The notes below the pieces were generated by a model. The model was not told the origin of the DNA. It saw only the letters and a program-made list of their open reading frames with translations, and did not search any database. A DNA stretch of 64,000 nt from Patescibacteria group bacterium (lineage in GTDB: Bacteria > Patescibacteriota > Patescibacteriia > Patescibacteriales > UBA12465): assembly GCA_049318005.1 (NCBI GenBank), contig JBMOHE010000001.1, positions 117,995 to 181,994 of the forward strand, given 5' to 3'. Positions 1 through 8,832 of this stretch are shown in pieces; position 1 is the first letter of the stretch, and each line of letters opens with the position of its first letter. The translations under genes were made by a program, and so were the position numbers.

Positions 1-1227
1 GACCGGTTAAAGCTGAGTGAACAGCGATATCAGCGGTTTCGTTATCTCGAATCTCGCCAATCATTATAATATCTGGATTTTGACGAAGCAAGGCTCTTAA
101 ACCATTAGCGAAAGTGACTCCTGCTTTTGCGTTTACCTGGGTTTGATTGATACTCGCCACCTCATATTCAATTGGATCCTCAATAGTAGTTATATTAACT
201 TTAGGGGTATTTAGAATATGTAAAATAGAATAAAGGGTTGTTGTTTTACCGTGACCAGTCGGCCCAGTAACCAGAATCATACCGTGAGGTTTTTTTATTT
301 CCTCATTAATAATTAATTCCAACTCTTCGTTAATTCCTAAATCAAATAAGGATAAAGGCTTAGCTGAACTTTTTAATAAGCGCATTTCCGCTTTTTCTCC
401 GTTTAAAACTGGCATTACATTTACACGAATATCAACGCGTGTTCCCGCCTCTAAATTAAAATGAAAACGCCCGTCCTGAGGAATGCGATGCTCATCGATT
501 TGCATGCCGGCCAAAATTTTAACTCGAGCCACTAATATCTGACTAATATCACTAGGGAGAGATAAAATTTCTTGCATTACGCCGTCAACACGATACCTAA
601 CCATTAATTTTTTTGGCAATGGTTCAAAATGGATATCAGAAGCGTTCATCATGATAGCGTTTTCGAGAATACTATCTAAAATACTGACAATCGGCACTGC
701 CTCAGCAATTCTTGCCAAATCCGTTTCTCCACTTAAAGACACCGACTGCTTAATACTCTCTTCAATGATTTGATTAAAATTGGTCCCAATAGTTTTTCGG
801 TATTGTTTAAAAACAAAGTTTAAGCTCGTTGATGAGGTTAAATAAACATCAAGCCACAAATCATATTTAGCTCTAATAAAATTAATTATTTCTAAATCGA
901 GCGGATTGAGCATGGCTATCTTAGCAGTTTTAGCCGCTTGATTATATTCAAAAATAACCGCGCTATTACTCTTAACAAAAGCTTCTGGAAGTAGGCCTAG
1001 CGCTTCAGCGGGAATAATAACTTTCTTTAAGTTAATAATTGGTACGTTAAAATAAGGCGCTAAAAGTTCTAGCAAGAAATCCTCAGATATTTCTTCTCTC
1101 CCCACTAAAACATCGGCTATTTTTTGACCAGAGCGAAAAGCCTCAGCCTTAGCGTCCTCAAAGACTTTTTCAGTTATTAAATCTGAATTTAATAAAAGCT
1201 CCTTTAATTTTTCTTCTTTAATATACA
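1..1227 (-). CDS. pilB: Type IV pilus assembly / T2SS-family ATPase PilB/GspE; the C-terminus runs off the window edge at position 1.
   Basis: My own translation of the minus strand from the ATG at 1227 gives MYIKEEKLKELLLNSDLITEKVF... (GspE N-terminal domain) and ...KPHGMILVTGPTGHGKTTTLYSILHILNTPKVNITTIEDPIEYEV...NPDIIMIGEIRDNETADIAV..., i.e. Walker A and Asp/His boxes of a secretion ATPase. It is absent from the ORF track because the stop codon lies outside the window. Confidence 0.85.
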
Positions 1228-1299
1228 TGTAAAAAAATAAAATTTATAAGTATTTTATAAAAATATTATAACATATTTTAGGTCAAAAATACATAAAAA

Positions 1300-1917
1300 T
1301 TAAATCCATAAAACGTTTAAATTAAAAACTTGAAGCAAATAACTAGCCCCCAATAAACTTAGAATAAGAGCCAATAATATTAAGCTAATCCAGTTAATCC
1401 CCGGCCTCTTTAAAATAATATTATTAAACAATACATATATGATACCAAGGCCTAAAAATAGACCAACGAAAATGATAATTTTTGGCCAAGAAATCAATAA
1501 ACTGGCTAAAAATAATAAAAATAATTCGTTATTATTAATGAATCCTGGTCTATATTTTTGATAAATTTTAAAAACAAAAAAGATAAGTGAACTAATAAAC
1601 AGAGTGATAATATTAGCCAAGAAAAAATGGAAAAAACAATAAGAAATGAAATATGACCAAGGCTGATAAGGAGGCAGAAAAAAAACACTGAAACCATTGC
1701 CACTCCAAACGAAGTACTGAATGAGCACTAAGGAAAAATCAAAAACGGCGCTTGTTCCTAGTACAAAATAAACTAATTTTTTAAAGGATAATTTTCTAAA
1801 AATATTAAAATATTTTTGCCTAGCCGATAAAGAATGAAATATAGCTAAAATTAAAATTAAAAAAATAAAAATACTAGGGGCCCAAGCAAGAAATTGACTA
1901 AGAAAAATATTTGTCAT
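1300..1917 (-). CDS. Polytopic integral membrane protein of unknown function.
   Basis: 205-aa ORF, extremely hydrophobic with about six predicted TM helices. It has no prepilin-peptidase GDVKL or Asp motifs, so I do not call it PilD. Confidence 0.5.
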   Translation of the reverse strand: MTNIFLSQFLAWAPSIFIFLILILAIFHSLSARQKYFNIFRKLSFKKLVYFVLGTSAVFDFSLVLIQYFVWSGNGFSVFFLPPYQPWSYFISYCFFHFFLANIITLFISSLIFFVFKIYQKYRPGFINNNELFLLFLASLLISWPKIIIFVGLFLGLGIIYVLFNNIILKRPGINWISLILLALILSLLGASYLLQVFNLNVLWI

Positions 1918-1973
1918 ATATAATGCGTAAAAAAAATATAGAGTTAAAACATATTCCTATTAACAATTATAAC

Positions 1974-2010
1974 AAAAAAATAGCCCCTTAAAAAGGGGCT
2001 ATTTAAAAAT
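1974..2010. terminator. Rho-independent terminator (bidirectional hairpin) downstream of the pilin gene.
   Basis: TAGCCCC-ttaaaaa-GGGGCTA is a perfect 7-bp stem, flanked by an A-run on one side and a T-run on the other. Confidence 0.6.
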
Positions 2011-2024
2011 ATAAATTTTTTAAT

Positions 2025-2723
2025 TTAGAAATCTGTACCAGTACCAAGAATAGTTAAATCAGTACCAACTTCATAATAATTTGCATTATTACCACCGTCC
2101 TTAGACATCTTATTGTCATCTGAGGTATAAGCAGTACTTTCTAAACGTGCATCGATTTCATATTTACCAGTTGATTCCATGCAAGCATAGCGATAAACAA
2201 GGTCAGTATTAACAACTCCGCCGACTGTCATAGTATTAACTGGATCGATAGGTAAATTAGAGATTGGAGAGCCACCAGGTAAACCGCTTAGGTTAACTGG
2301 CAACCAGCCGCTAGCATTAGTTAAAGCTAAGTTAGCATTAGTTGCTTGTTTGCCTCCAAAAGTAGATGTAAAGGTGGTTGCGTCTAAAACTTTATCAGTA
2401 ATAGCTGCACCTGGAGCATCGCTTGGGTAGCTATAATAAATTTGATCTTCGCCAGTCTGCCAAGTAGCAAGAGAAGCTGTTCCCTTACAGGCGACATTAG
2501 AAGCGCCAGCCATCAAAGGAGTCGTGGTGCTAGTTGAGTAAAGGCCTAACGCAGTTTTAATAGTTGCTAAATCCGACATTCTTTGTGAGTCACGTGACTT
2601 CTTTAAAGTTTCAGATGGATCTAGTACTAAGATTAAAATAACCGATAAAACAGCGATAATCGCTATTACAATTAAAAGTTCCAATAATGTAAAACCTTGA
2701 TTTTTTGTTGTTTTTTTATTCAT
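2025..2723 (-). CDS. Type IV pilin / pseudopilin with a class III (prepilin) signal peptide.
   Basis: N-terminus MNKKTTKNQGFTLLELLIVIAIIAVLSVILIL carries the canonical G^FTLxE prepilin cleavage/methylation motif followed by a hydrophobic helix. The ORF-track start at 2753 adds 10 residues; the MNKK start at 2723 is more likely. Confidence 0.8.
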   Translation of the reverse strand: MNKKTTKNQGFTLLELLIVIAIIAVLSVILILVLDPSETLKKSRDSQRMSDLATIKTALGLYSTSTTTPLMAGASNVACKGTASLATWQTGEDQIYYSYPSDAPGAAITDKVLDATTFTSTFGGKQATNANLALTNASGWLPVNLSGLPGGSPISNLPIDPVNTMTVGGVVNTDLVYRYACMESTGKYEIDARLESTAYTSDDNKMSKDGGNNANYYEVGTDLTILGTGTDF

Positions 2724-2897
2724 AAATTTTATAAAGTGAATCAATAAATACACTTTATTTTAACGTTAAACCCTTATTATCTTACACTAATAATTTTAGC
2801 AAATTAAATAAAAACGTGCAATAATAAAACTGAAAAATATGAATATATAGGCAATTTTAGAAATATATGTTAAAATACCCCTATAATTACAAGCTAT

Positions 2898-3263
2898 ATG
2901 GGGAAAAATAATGTAAAAAAAATACTTCTTGTCGAAGATGATAAGGCGATAGCAAAGGCCCTAGGAATAAAACTCTCTCATTTTGAGGTTGACTTAGCTC
3001 ATGACGGCGAAGAAGCAATCGAGGCAATTGCTAAAAAGAATTATGATTTAATTCTTTTAGACATTATGATGCCAAAATTAGACGGCTTTGGCGTTATGGA
3101 GGCAATGAAAAAGAAAAAAAATACAACCCCAATCTTTATTCTTACTAATTTGAATCAGGATGACGATGTAAAACGAGCCAAGGATTTAGGGGCAAAAGAC
3201 TTTTTAGTAAAATCAAATATTAGTCTCCTGGAAATAGTCAATAAAATAAACAACTTTTTTTAA
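2898..3263 (+). CDS. Single-domain response regulator (CheY-like REC only).
   Basis: ILLVEDD...LILLDIMMPKLDGF...TNLNQDDDVKRAKDLGAKDFLVKS contains the acidic pocket, phospho-acceptor Asp, conserved Thr and Lys. It is a paralog of 26323..26703 at roughly 55% identity. Confidence 0.85.
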   Translation: MGKNNVKKILLVEDDKAIAKALGIKLSHFEVDLAHDGEEAIEAIAKKNYDLILLDIMMPKLDGFGVMEAMKKKKNTTPIFILTNLNQDDDVKRAKDLGAKDFLVKSNISLLEIVNKINNFF

Positions 3264-3294
3264 AAAAATCCGGAATTTACTCCGGATTTTTTTA
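3262..3294. terminator. Bidirectional rho-independent terminator between convergent genes.
   Basis: ATCCGGA-atttac-TCCGGAT is a 7-bp stem flanked by an A-run (3262-3268) and a T-run (3287-3293). Confidence 0.7.
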
Positions 3295-3318
3295 TAATTA
3301 AAAAGAAAAATTTGAGAA

Positions 3319-4008
3319 TTATTGTCCAAATAGATGACCAATATAATAACCCGCTAAAGCAGCTCCCATTCCGATCAAGACCATCTGAATCCCTGTTTTC
3401 CAAGGACTGCCAACTGTTGCCTTAGCTTTATAAATTCCCACAAACAGTAAAACAATTGCAGAAACTATCAAAGAACAGATAATCGCTGATCCAATTGGTA
3501 AAAGAAAAAATGGGGTTAAGGGAACAAAAGATCCAACTAACGCCGCAAAGCCAACCACAAAACTTCCCTGATAAATATCTTTATTCTTTATTTCAGTTAA
3601 CTCTAGCTCTTCCTTCATCATTATCTTCAACCACTGTTCATCGTTACTCGTGATTTTAGCCACGATTTCTTCTAGTAAAGCTCCGTCAAATCCCTTATCT
3701 CGATAGATTTCTCTTATTTCCTCTCTCTCTAATTCTGGCAATTCCTTAATTTCTCTTTTCTCTCTTTCTAGCTCTGAAAAATAGTGATCTCGTTCAGCCA
3801 TTTTAGAAGTTAGGGCTACCGCCGCCATCGAGATACTTTCGGCAAAAGTCGCCGCCATGCCAGCCGCAATAATTACCTTATAGCTACTAGTAGCCGCAGC
3901 GACACCTAAGATAACCCCGAGAACATTAACTAGACCATCTTGACCGCCGAGTATGATGTCAGATAGAGTTGAATTCTTCCCGACTTTAGATAATTCTTGT
4001 TTATGCAT
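3319..4008 (-). CDS. VIT1/CCC1-family (DUF125) iron/manganese transporter-like membrane protein.
   Basis: The N-terminal LGGQDGLVNVLGVILGVAAA region, a central Glu/Arg-rich cytoplasmic helix (EREKREIKELPELEREEIREIY) and C-terminal TM helices are typical of the VIT family. Confidence 0.7.
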   Translation of the reverse strand: MHKQELSKVGKNSTLSDIILGGQDGLVNVLGVILGVAAATSSYKVIIAAGMAATFAESISMAAVALTSKMAERDHYFSELEREKREIKELPELEREEIREIYRDKGFDGALLEEIVAKITSNDEQWLKIMMKEELELTEIKNKDIYQGSFVVGFAALVGSFVPLTPFFLLPIGSAIICSLIVSAIVLLFVGIYKAKATVGSPWKTGIQMVLIGMGAALAGYYIGHLFGQ

Positions 4009-4112
4009 ATATTTTATTTATTATTTTAATAATATCATAATATTTAATTTTAATGTAGTTCAAATATTGACCTCCCTCTTATTTAAATGATATACTAATT
4101 TTACAATTGAAT

Positions 4113-4222
4113 AATGTTTATTAAGAGTGCAGCGAGGAATCTAGTCCTATGACCTGCCGGCAACCCCGAAATAATCCCTTCGGTAGGTGCTTCTAGCCCA
4201 ATTCGGGAAAGATAAAGGTCAA
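4113..4222 (+). promoter_or_regulatory. SAM-I (S-box) riboswitch in the metK leader.
   Basis: UUAUUAAGAG...GAGGAAUCUAGUCCUAUGACCUGCCGGCAACC...CCGAAAUAAUCCCUUCGG...GGUGC...AAAGAUAAAGG matches the S-box P1, the kink-turn GAUGA-like UAUGACC, the GGCAACC junction, P3 and the GGUGC element. It sits immediately upstream of metK. Confidence 0.7.
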
Positions 4223-4235
4223 TTATTATTGCATC

Positions 4236-4270
4236 GGCTCTTTCCTGAACGGGATAAGAGTTTTTTATTT
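4236..4270 (+). terminator. Riboswitch expression-platform terminator.
   Basis: CUCUUUCC-ugaacg-GGAUAAGAG hairpin with one bulge, followed by UUUUUUAUUUU. Confidence 0.6.
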
Positions 4271-4298
4271 TAAAAATTAATTATCTAAATCTAAATTT

Positions 4299-5288
4299 AT
4301 GTTAAAAACAGCCGAAAGCGTTTCTCCGAGTCATCCTGATAAATTATGTGATCGAATTAGCGATGCTATTTTAGATTATTGTCTAAATAATGATAAAGAT
4401 AGCCGCGTAGCAATTGAAACAATGGGTGGACACGGACTTATAACTATAACTGGCGAGCTAACTACTAATGGTCAAATTGATTTAGGAGAAATTATTAAAA
4501 TCGCTAAACGTATTGGCGGAGAAAATAATGAAATTAAAATTAATATAATAGCACAGAGCCCAGAAATTTCACGCGGCGTTGATACGGGCGGCGCTGGAGA
4601 TCAAGGTATTATGGTTGGTTATGCTTGTAACGATAACGACTCATTAATTCCACAAGAAACATATTTAACACGTAGCCTTTGTAACTACATATACGAACGT
4701 CATCCTTATGACGGCAAAACCCAGGTTACTTTAAACAATGGTAAAATAAAAACAATCGTTGTTAGTTTTTGCAAATTGCCAAAAGAAGATATTTTAAAAT
4801 TTACTAAAGAGTGGTGGCAAAAATTATCAAATAAAGAAATTGATTTTGAAATACTGGCTAATCCAGCCGGTGACTGGAGTCAAGGCGGATTCGAAGCTGA
4901 TACTGGTCTAACAGGACGAAAATTAGCGATCGACAATTACGGTCCACAAATTCCAATCGGTGGCGGCGCCTTTAGTGGAAAAGATTCAAGCAAGGTTGAT
5001 AGATCGGGTGCCTATATGGCGAGAAGGATTGCGGTTGATTTATTAAAAGAAAATGATTTTAAAGAAGTTATAGTAAAAATAGCTTATGCAATTGGAAAAA
5101 AGGAACCAGTCATGACTAGCTTTGAGGCGACTAATAATAAAGATGAAAAAATCTCCGGCGAAATAGATAGCCAAAAATACGACTTAACCCCCTTGGGAAT
5201 TATTAATTTTCTAGAGTTAAAAAATCCTCAATTTGAAAAGACGGCTGAATGGGGATCATTCGGACATGGCTTTACTTGGGATAAATAA
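4299..5288 (+). CDS. metK: S-adenosylmethionine synthetase (compact, 329 aa).
   Basis: AESVSPSHPDKLCDRISDAILD (the GHPDK motif), GAGDQGIMVGYA, and GGGAFSGKDSSKVDRSGAYMAR (the P-loop-like GGGAFSGKD signature). Confidence 0.9.
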   Translation: MLKTAESVSPSHPDKLCDRISDAILDYCLNNDKDSRVAIETMGGHGLITITGELTTNGQIDLGEIIKIAKRIGGENNEIKINIIAQSPEISRGVDTGGAGDQGIMVGYACNDNDSLIPQETYLTRSLCNYIYERHPYDGKTQVTLNNGKIKTIVVSFCKLPKEDILKFTKEWWQKLSNKEIDFEILANPAGDWSQGGFEADTGLTGRKLAIDNYGPQIPIGGGAFSGKDSSKVDRSGAYMARRIAVDLLKENDFKEVIVKIAYAIGKKEPVMTSFEATNNKDEKISGEIDSQKYDLTPLGIINFLELKNPQFEKTAEWGSFGHGFTWDK

Positions 5289-5364
5289 ATATATTTCCTC
5301 CGAGCTAAAAGTAAACTTAAATAAATCTTCAGAAAATTCTCTATTTTTGCTATACTAAATATCT

Positions 5365-6162
5365 ATGAAAAATACTAAGAAAATTGGCCTAGCTTTAAGT
5401 AGTGGCGGAATTCGCGGTTTTGCTTTAATTGGCGTTCTCAAAGCCCTTGAAGAAAATAATATATCAATTGATATAATTAGCGGCGCTTCAAGTGGTTCTA
5501 TCGTAGCCGCACATTACGCGCTTTATAAAAACTCCGACTTACTAAAAGAGGCAATTATAAAAAATTCTATAAAACTTCCCTCTATTTGGGATCTTGGTTT
5601 TAGGGGCGGATTAGTTAAGGGAAACAAACTTAAAAAACTAACCACAGAAATGTTTGGAAAAAATAAATTTTCAAATACAAAGATACCCCTTGAAATAGTC
5701 GCGACTAATTTACGAGATGGCGGAGAATATATTTTTTCTAAAGGTGAAATTGCTTTTAGTGTTCAGGCTAGTTGCGCTGTTCCAGTATTATTTGAACCAG
5801 TAAAAACCAAAAATCAATCTTTCGTTGATGGCGGATTAAGCGATCCTGTTCCCGTCAAAGCTCTAAAAAATATGGGAGCCGATATAACTATTGCGGTCAA
5901 CCTTTATCATAAAAATGAATTTATCAATAGAAAGTTTACGGTTATTAAAGTTGCTTTACGGAGCTCAAGAATTGCAATATATAATCTCGCCCAACATTCT
6001 ATTAGAGAGGCTAATATCGTTATCGCACCAGATTTATCTGAGTTCACACTTGATAATAAATTAAAAAAACATACGAGCACACTTGGAATTGAAAAAATTA
6101 TAAAAGTTGGCTACGAGGAAACCTTAAAGCATATTAAAGATATTAAAAAATTAATAAAATAA
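5365..6162 (+). CDS. Patatin-like phospholipase.
   Basis: The oxyanion GGIRG, the nucleophile elbow GASSGS (GxSxG) and the catalytic DGG in SFVDGGLSD. Confidence 0.85.
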   Translation: MKNTKKIGLALSSGGIRGFALIGVLKALEENNISIDIISGASSGSIVAAHYALYKNSDLLKEAIIKNSIKLPSIWDLGFRGGLVKGNKLKKLTTEMFGKNKFSNTKIPLEIVATNLRDGGEYIFSKGEIAFSVQASCAVPVLFEPVKTKNQSFVDGGLSDPVPVKALKNMGADITIAVNLYHKNEFINRKFTVIKVALRSSRIAIYNLAQHSIREANIVIAPDLSEFTLDNKLKKHTSTLGIEKIIKVGYEETLKHIKDIKKLIK

Positions 6163-6174
6163 AAACTCCTTAAT

Positions 6175-6210
6175 TAAAAAAAGAGAACTTATTTAAAGTT
6201 CTCTTTTTTA
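6175..6210. terminator. Bidirectional rho-independent terminator.
   Basis: AAGAGAACTT-attta-AAGTTCTCTT is a perfect 10-bp stem (6181-6205) with flanking A and T runs, between convergent genes. Confidence 0.75.
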
Positions 6211-6224
6211 TTTATAAATTTTGT

Positions 6225-8339
6225 TTATCTATTAATGCCCTCTGGCGAAGCAGTATTAACTCCCGTTTTCGTGCCAGGGCCACTATATGCATTCCCTAAA
6301 CAAAAAGTCAGAGTATAAGCAGTTGAAGTCGCCCCCTTACTATCTGTTTTATATGTATAACGATTAGAACCATTTTTATCAAGACATTTTCCGTCAACTG
6401 GTAGCGGGGCGATCGGAATAGTTGCCATATAAACGGACGAGGTAGTTTTAATAGATTTTGAATTAAATTCTTTAACCGATGGATAATAATTCATCTCATT
6501 ATAATACATTTCCAGAGCAGTCTGGATTGTTTTTATATCAGATATGCGACGAGCGTCCCTCGCTTTAATTCTAGCTGACTCAAGGGCATCGATAATGCTT
6601 GTAGAACTAGCTGAACTAGAGCCGGAATTAGAAACCGTACCAGGAGGAGTTAATGAGTCGTTACTATTTATAGTATTTATATCCTTTGGACCATAATCTT
6701 TCTTATCCGCCTCACTAAGTGGCATTAATTTTCCATCTCCTAATGGATTATACCCACCCTTAACTTCTTGTCCATCAACAAAACTATCATCATCAGTATC
6801 TGAATTATTAGGGTCTGTTCCGTAATCTAATTCATCACTATCTGACAAACCATCACCATCAGTATCTGAGTTAAGCGGATTTATTTTAAACTTTAATTCC
6901 CAAGAGTCGCTTACGCCGTCATAATCAGAATCAATATAATCAGAAGTAATTTCTGAGCCGCTTGCTAATAAAGAAGAATCATCAAGCATTTCACTATCAG
7001 AGCCAAAGCTCATTCCGCCCATTAAGCCGCTTATTACTTCCATGAATGGCTTAGCGTCTTGAGGGGCTTCGACTTTAGCTGGAACATTAAAGTTTTTAAA
7101 TAATAAAGTTAAATTACTCTGATTAGCTACAGGCTCCTCGGCAGTAGCTTTCATTTTTATGTTTAAACTAACTTTATATGGGCGATAATCTTTTTTACCG
7201 ATAGAAATTTCACCATCTATAGTTTCCAGCTTATCAATTTGCTCACTACTACTAGCTATTTCTTGAGCAGTATATGGTTTCCCAGTCATTAAAGGATTGG
7301 CCTCAGAAATAAATTTTTTAAGTGCTTCTTTATCAACTACATATTTATAATGATAGGTATCCCGTCCTTCAATTACTTCGCTCTTTAAAGTTTCAGTAAT
7401 TTTAATTACTTTAGATTGCTTAAACAAATCATTCAATTTACTAACTTTATCAGCTGATACTTTATCTTCTACTGGCGTACTTGAGCTTGTGCCTAATTTA
7501 TCATTTAGAGTTTCATTGTTTTTAATTCCCTCATCAATAACTGACTGCTCAAATTTCATCCATTTATTAGCTAAGGGGTCTAAACTAATAAAACCGATAT
7601 TGGGTAAAGCGGTAAATTTAAAATACAAAAATTTAGCAAGCGATCTCATTTCTAGACCAATTGAAGTTTCGTCCTTCCCAAGTAAATCACTTTTTAAATT
7701 TAATATTAATGAATTTTTAGAATCATCTTTTACTAAATTATCGGTTAAGCCGCTGAAGCTAAGCAAAAAATTACTTACTTTTTTTTCAGTCATTGGAGTC
7801 GCGGGGATATTGGCAACTACTTTTAATTCTCCAGAATACTCAATCGCCTTAATATCCTTCAGGCCAATCATCATTTTTTGAATATTTTTTTCAGGAGAAT
7901 AAAAATATGCATTATAAGCCAAAACGCCACCGCCAATCAAAGCTAGGCCAGCTAAAACTATACCGAAAATTATTAAAATCTTCTTTATATTTTTTGGGGC
8001 TGAAAATAGCATTTTTTTTGGTTTAGCACTAGCCAAAACTGGTTCCTCAATAACCTGCTTTTCTTTTGGCGCCGACTCTATAGCGGGCTCACTTGCAACT
8101 ACTTCTTTTGTTTGAGACTCTTTTATGGCCACCTCTTTTATAAGTGCTGATTTTTCTATTTGCTTAATCGTCTCTTTATCAAGCGGTTCTTTTACAACTG
8201 GTTTGGTTAAAGAATTAAAAGCATCAGCAATATCAGGTACTTGCCAGCCGATAGCCAAAAGATCACTCTCAATTTTTTCCCGCTTATCTCCGAGTTTTAT
8301 TTCTTGATTAATATAATCAATTAATTGTTGGCTAGCCAT
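6225..8339 (-). CDS. Membrane-anchored 704-aa protein with Asp-rich thrombospondin-type-3-like Ca-binding repeats and a C-terminal pilin-head-like domain.
   Basis: One TM segment (ILIIFGIVLAGLALIGGGVLAY); DSDYDGVSDSWE...NSDTDGDGLSDSDELDYGTDPNNSDTDDD (DxDxDG repeats); the C-terminus ARDARRISDIKTIQTALEMYYNEMNYYP...CLDKNG...FCLG resembles the post-helix globular part of type IV pilins, including the Cys pair. Confidence 0.6.
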   Translation of the reverse strand: MASQQLIDYINQEIKLGDKREKIESDLLAIGWQVPDIADAFNSLTKPVVKEPLDKETIKQIEKSALIKEVAIKESQTKEVVASEPAIESAPKEKQVIEEPVLASAKPKKMLFSAPKNIKKILIIFGIVLAGLALIGGGVLAYNAYFYSPEKNIQKMMIGLKDIKAIEYSGELKVVANIPATPMTEKKVSNFLLSFSGLTDNLVKDDSKNSLILNLKSDLLGKDETSIGLEMRSLAKFLYFKFTALPNIGFISLDPLANKWMKFEQSVIDEGIKNNETLNDKLGTSSSTPVEDKVSADKVSKLNDLFKQSKVIKITETLKSEVIEGRDTYHYKYVVDKEALKKFISEANPLMTGKPYTAQEIASSSEQIDKLETIDGEISIGKKDYRPYKVSLNIKMKATAEEPVANQSNLTLLFKNFNVPAKVEAPQDAKPFMEVISGLMGGMSFGSDSEMLDDSSLLASGSEITSDYIDSDYDGVSDSWELKFKINPLNSDTDGDGLSDSDELDYGTDPNNSDTDDDSFVDGQEVKGGYNPLGDGKLMPLSEADKKDYGPKDINTINSNDSLTPPGTVSNSGSSSASSTSIIDALESARIKARDARRISDIKTIQTALEMYYNEMNYYPSVKEFNSKSIKTTSSVYMATIPIAPLPVDGKCLDKNGSNRYTYKTDSKGATSTAYTLTFCLGNAYSGPGTKTGVNTASPEGINR

Positions 8340-8357
8340 AATAATATAATGAGTTAA

Positions 8358-8822
8358 TTAAATTTTTTCTCTAATTCTTAAATCGTAAAAATGTAAATTA
8401 ATTCTAAAAAGAATTTCATTAAAGGCCTGTTTAGATTTATCTGGCATTCCAGAGGATTCTATTTCGCTATTTGCAAGTTCAAGATTAATTATATTTTTGT
8501 CTATCATTTCTGAAATATTCTCTAAACCAGAACCTAATTCGGAAGAAATTAAAAACAAACAAGATGTAAATAATTTATCATTACTTGAAATAACGCCGCT
8601 AGATTCTAAATAAGCCAATATATCTAATAATTCTTTTTTATTCTCATTTAATTCTTTATAAATATCATTTAAAACCTCTCTATTTAAAAGCTCCTCCCTG
8701 CTTAATTCCTCGATATTTTTATGCTTACATTTAGAAAAATCGTCTAAAGTTTCAAAGGCATTTTTATTTAAAACAGGAATAGCATCAACTCTATACTTAG
8801 GAATAAATTTTATTTCTTTCAT
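8358..8822 (-). CDS. Hypothetical protein (154 aa, acidic, no TM).
   Basis: Clean ORF in the same orientation as its neighbours; no recognisable motif. Confidence 0.45.
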   Translation of the reverse strand: MKEIKFIPKYRVDAIPVLNKNAFETLDDFSKCKHKNIEELSREELLNREVLNDIYKELNENKKELLDILAYLESSGVISSNDKLFTSCLFLISSELGSGLENISEMIDKNIINLELANSEIESSGMPDKSKQAFNEILFRINLHFYDLRIREKI

Positions 8823-8832
8823 ATTATTATAA

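Noticed and set aside
1300-1917. Prepilin peptidase (PilD/A24), because of its position between a pilB and a pilin gene.
   Set aside because: No GDVKL-type motif or paired catalytic Asp context; left as an unknown membrane protein.
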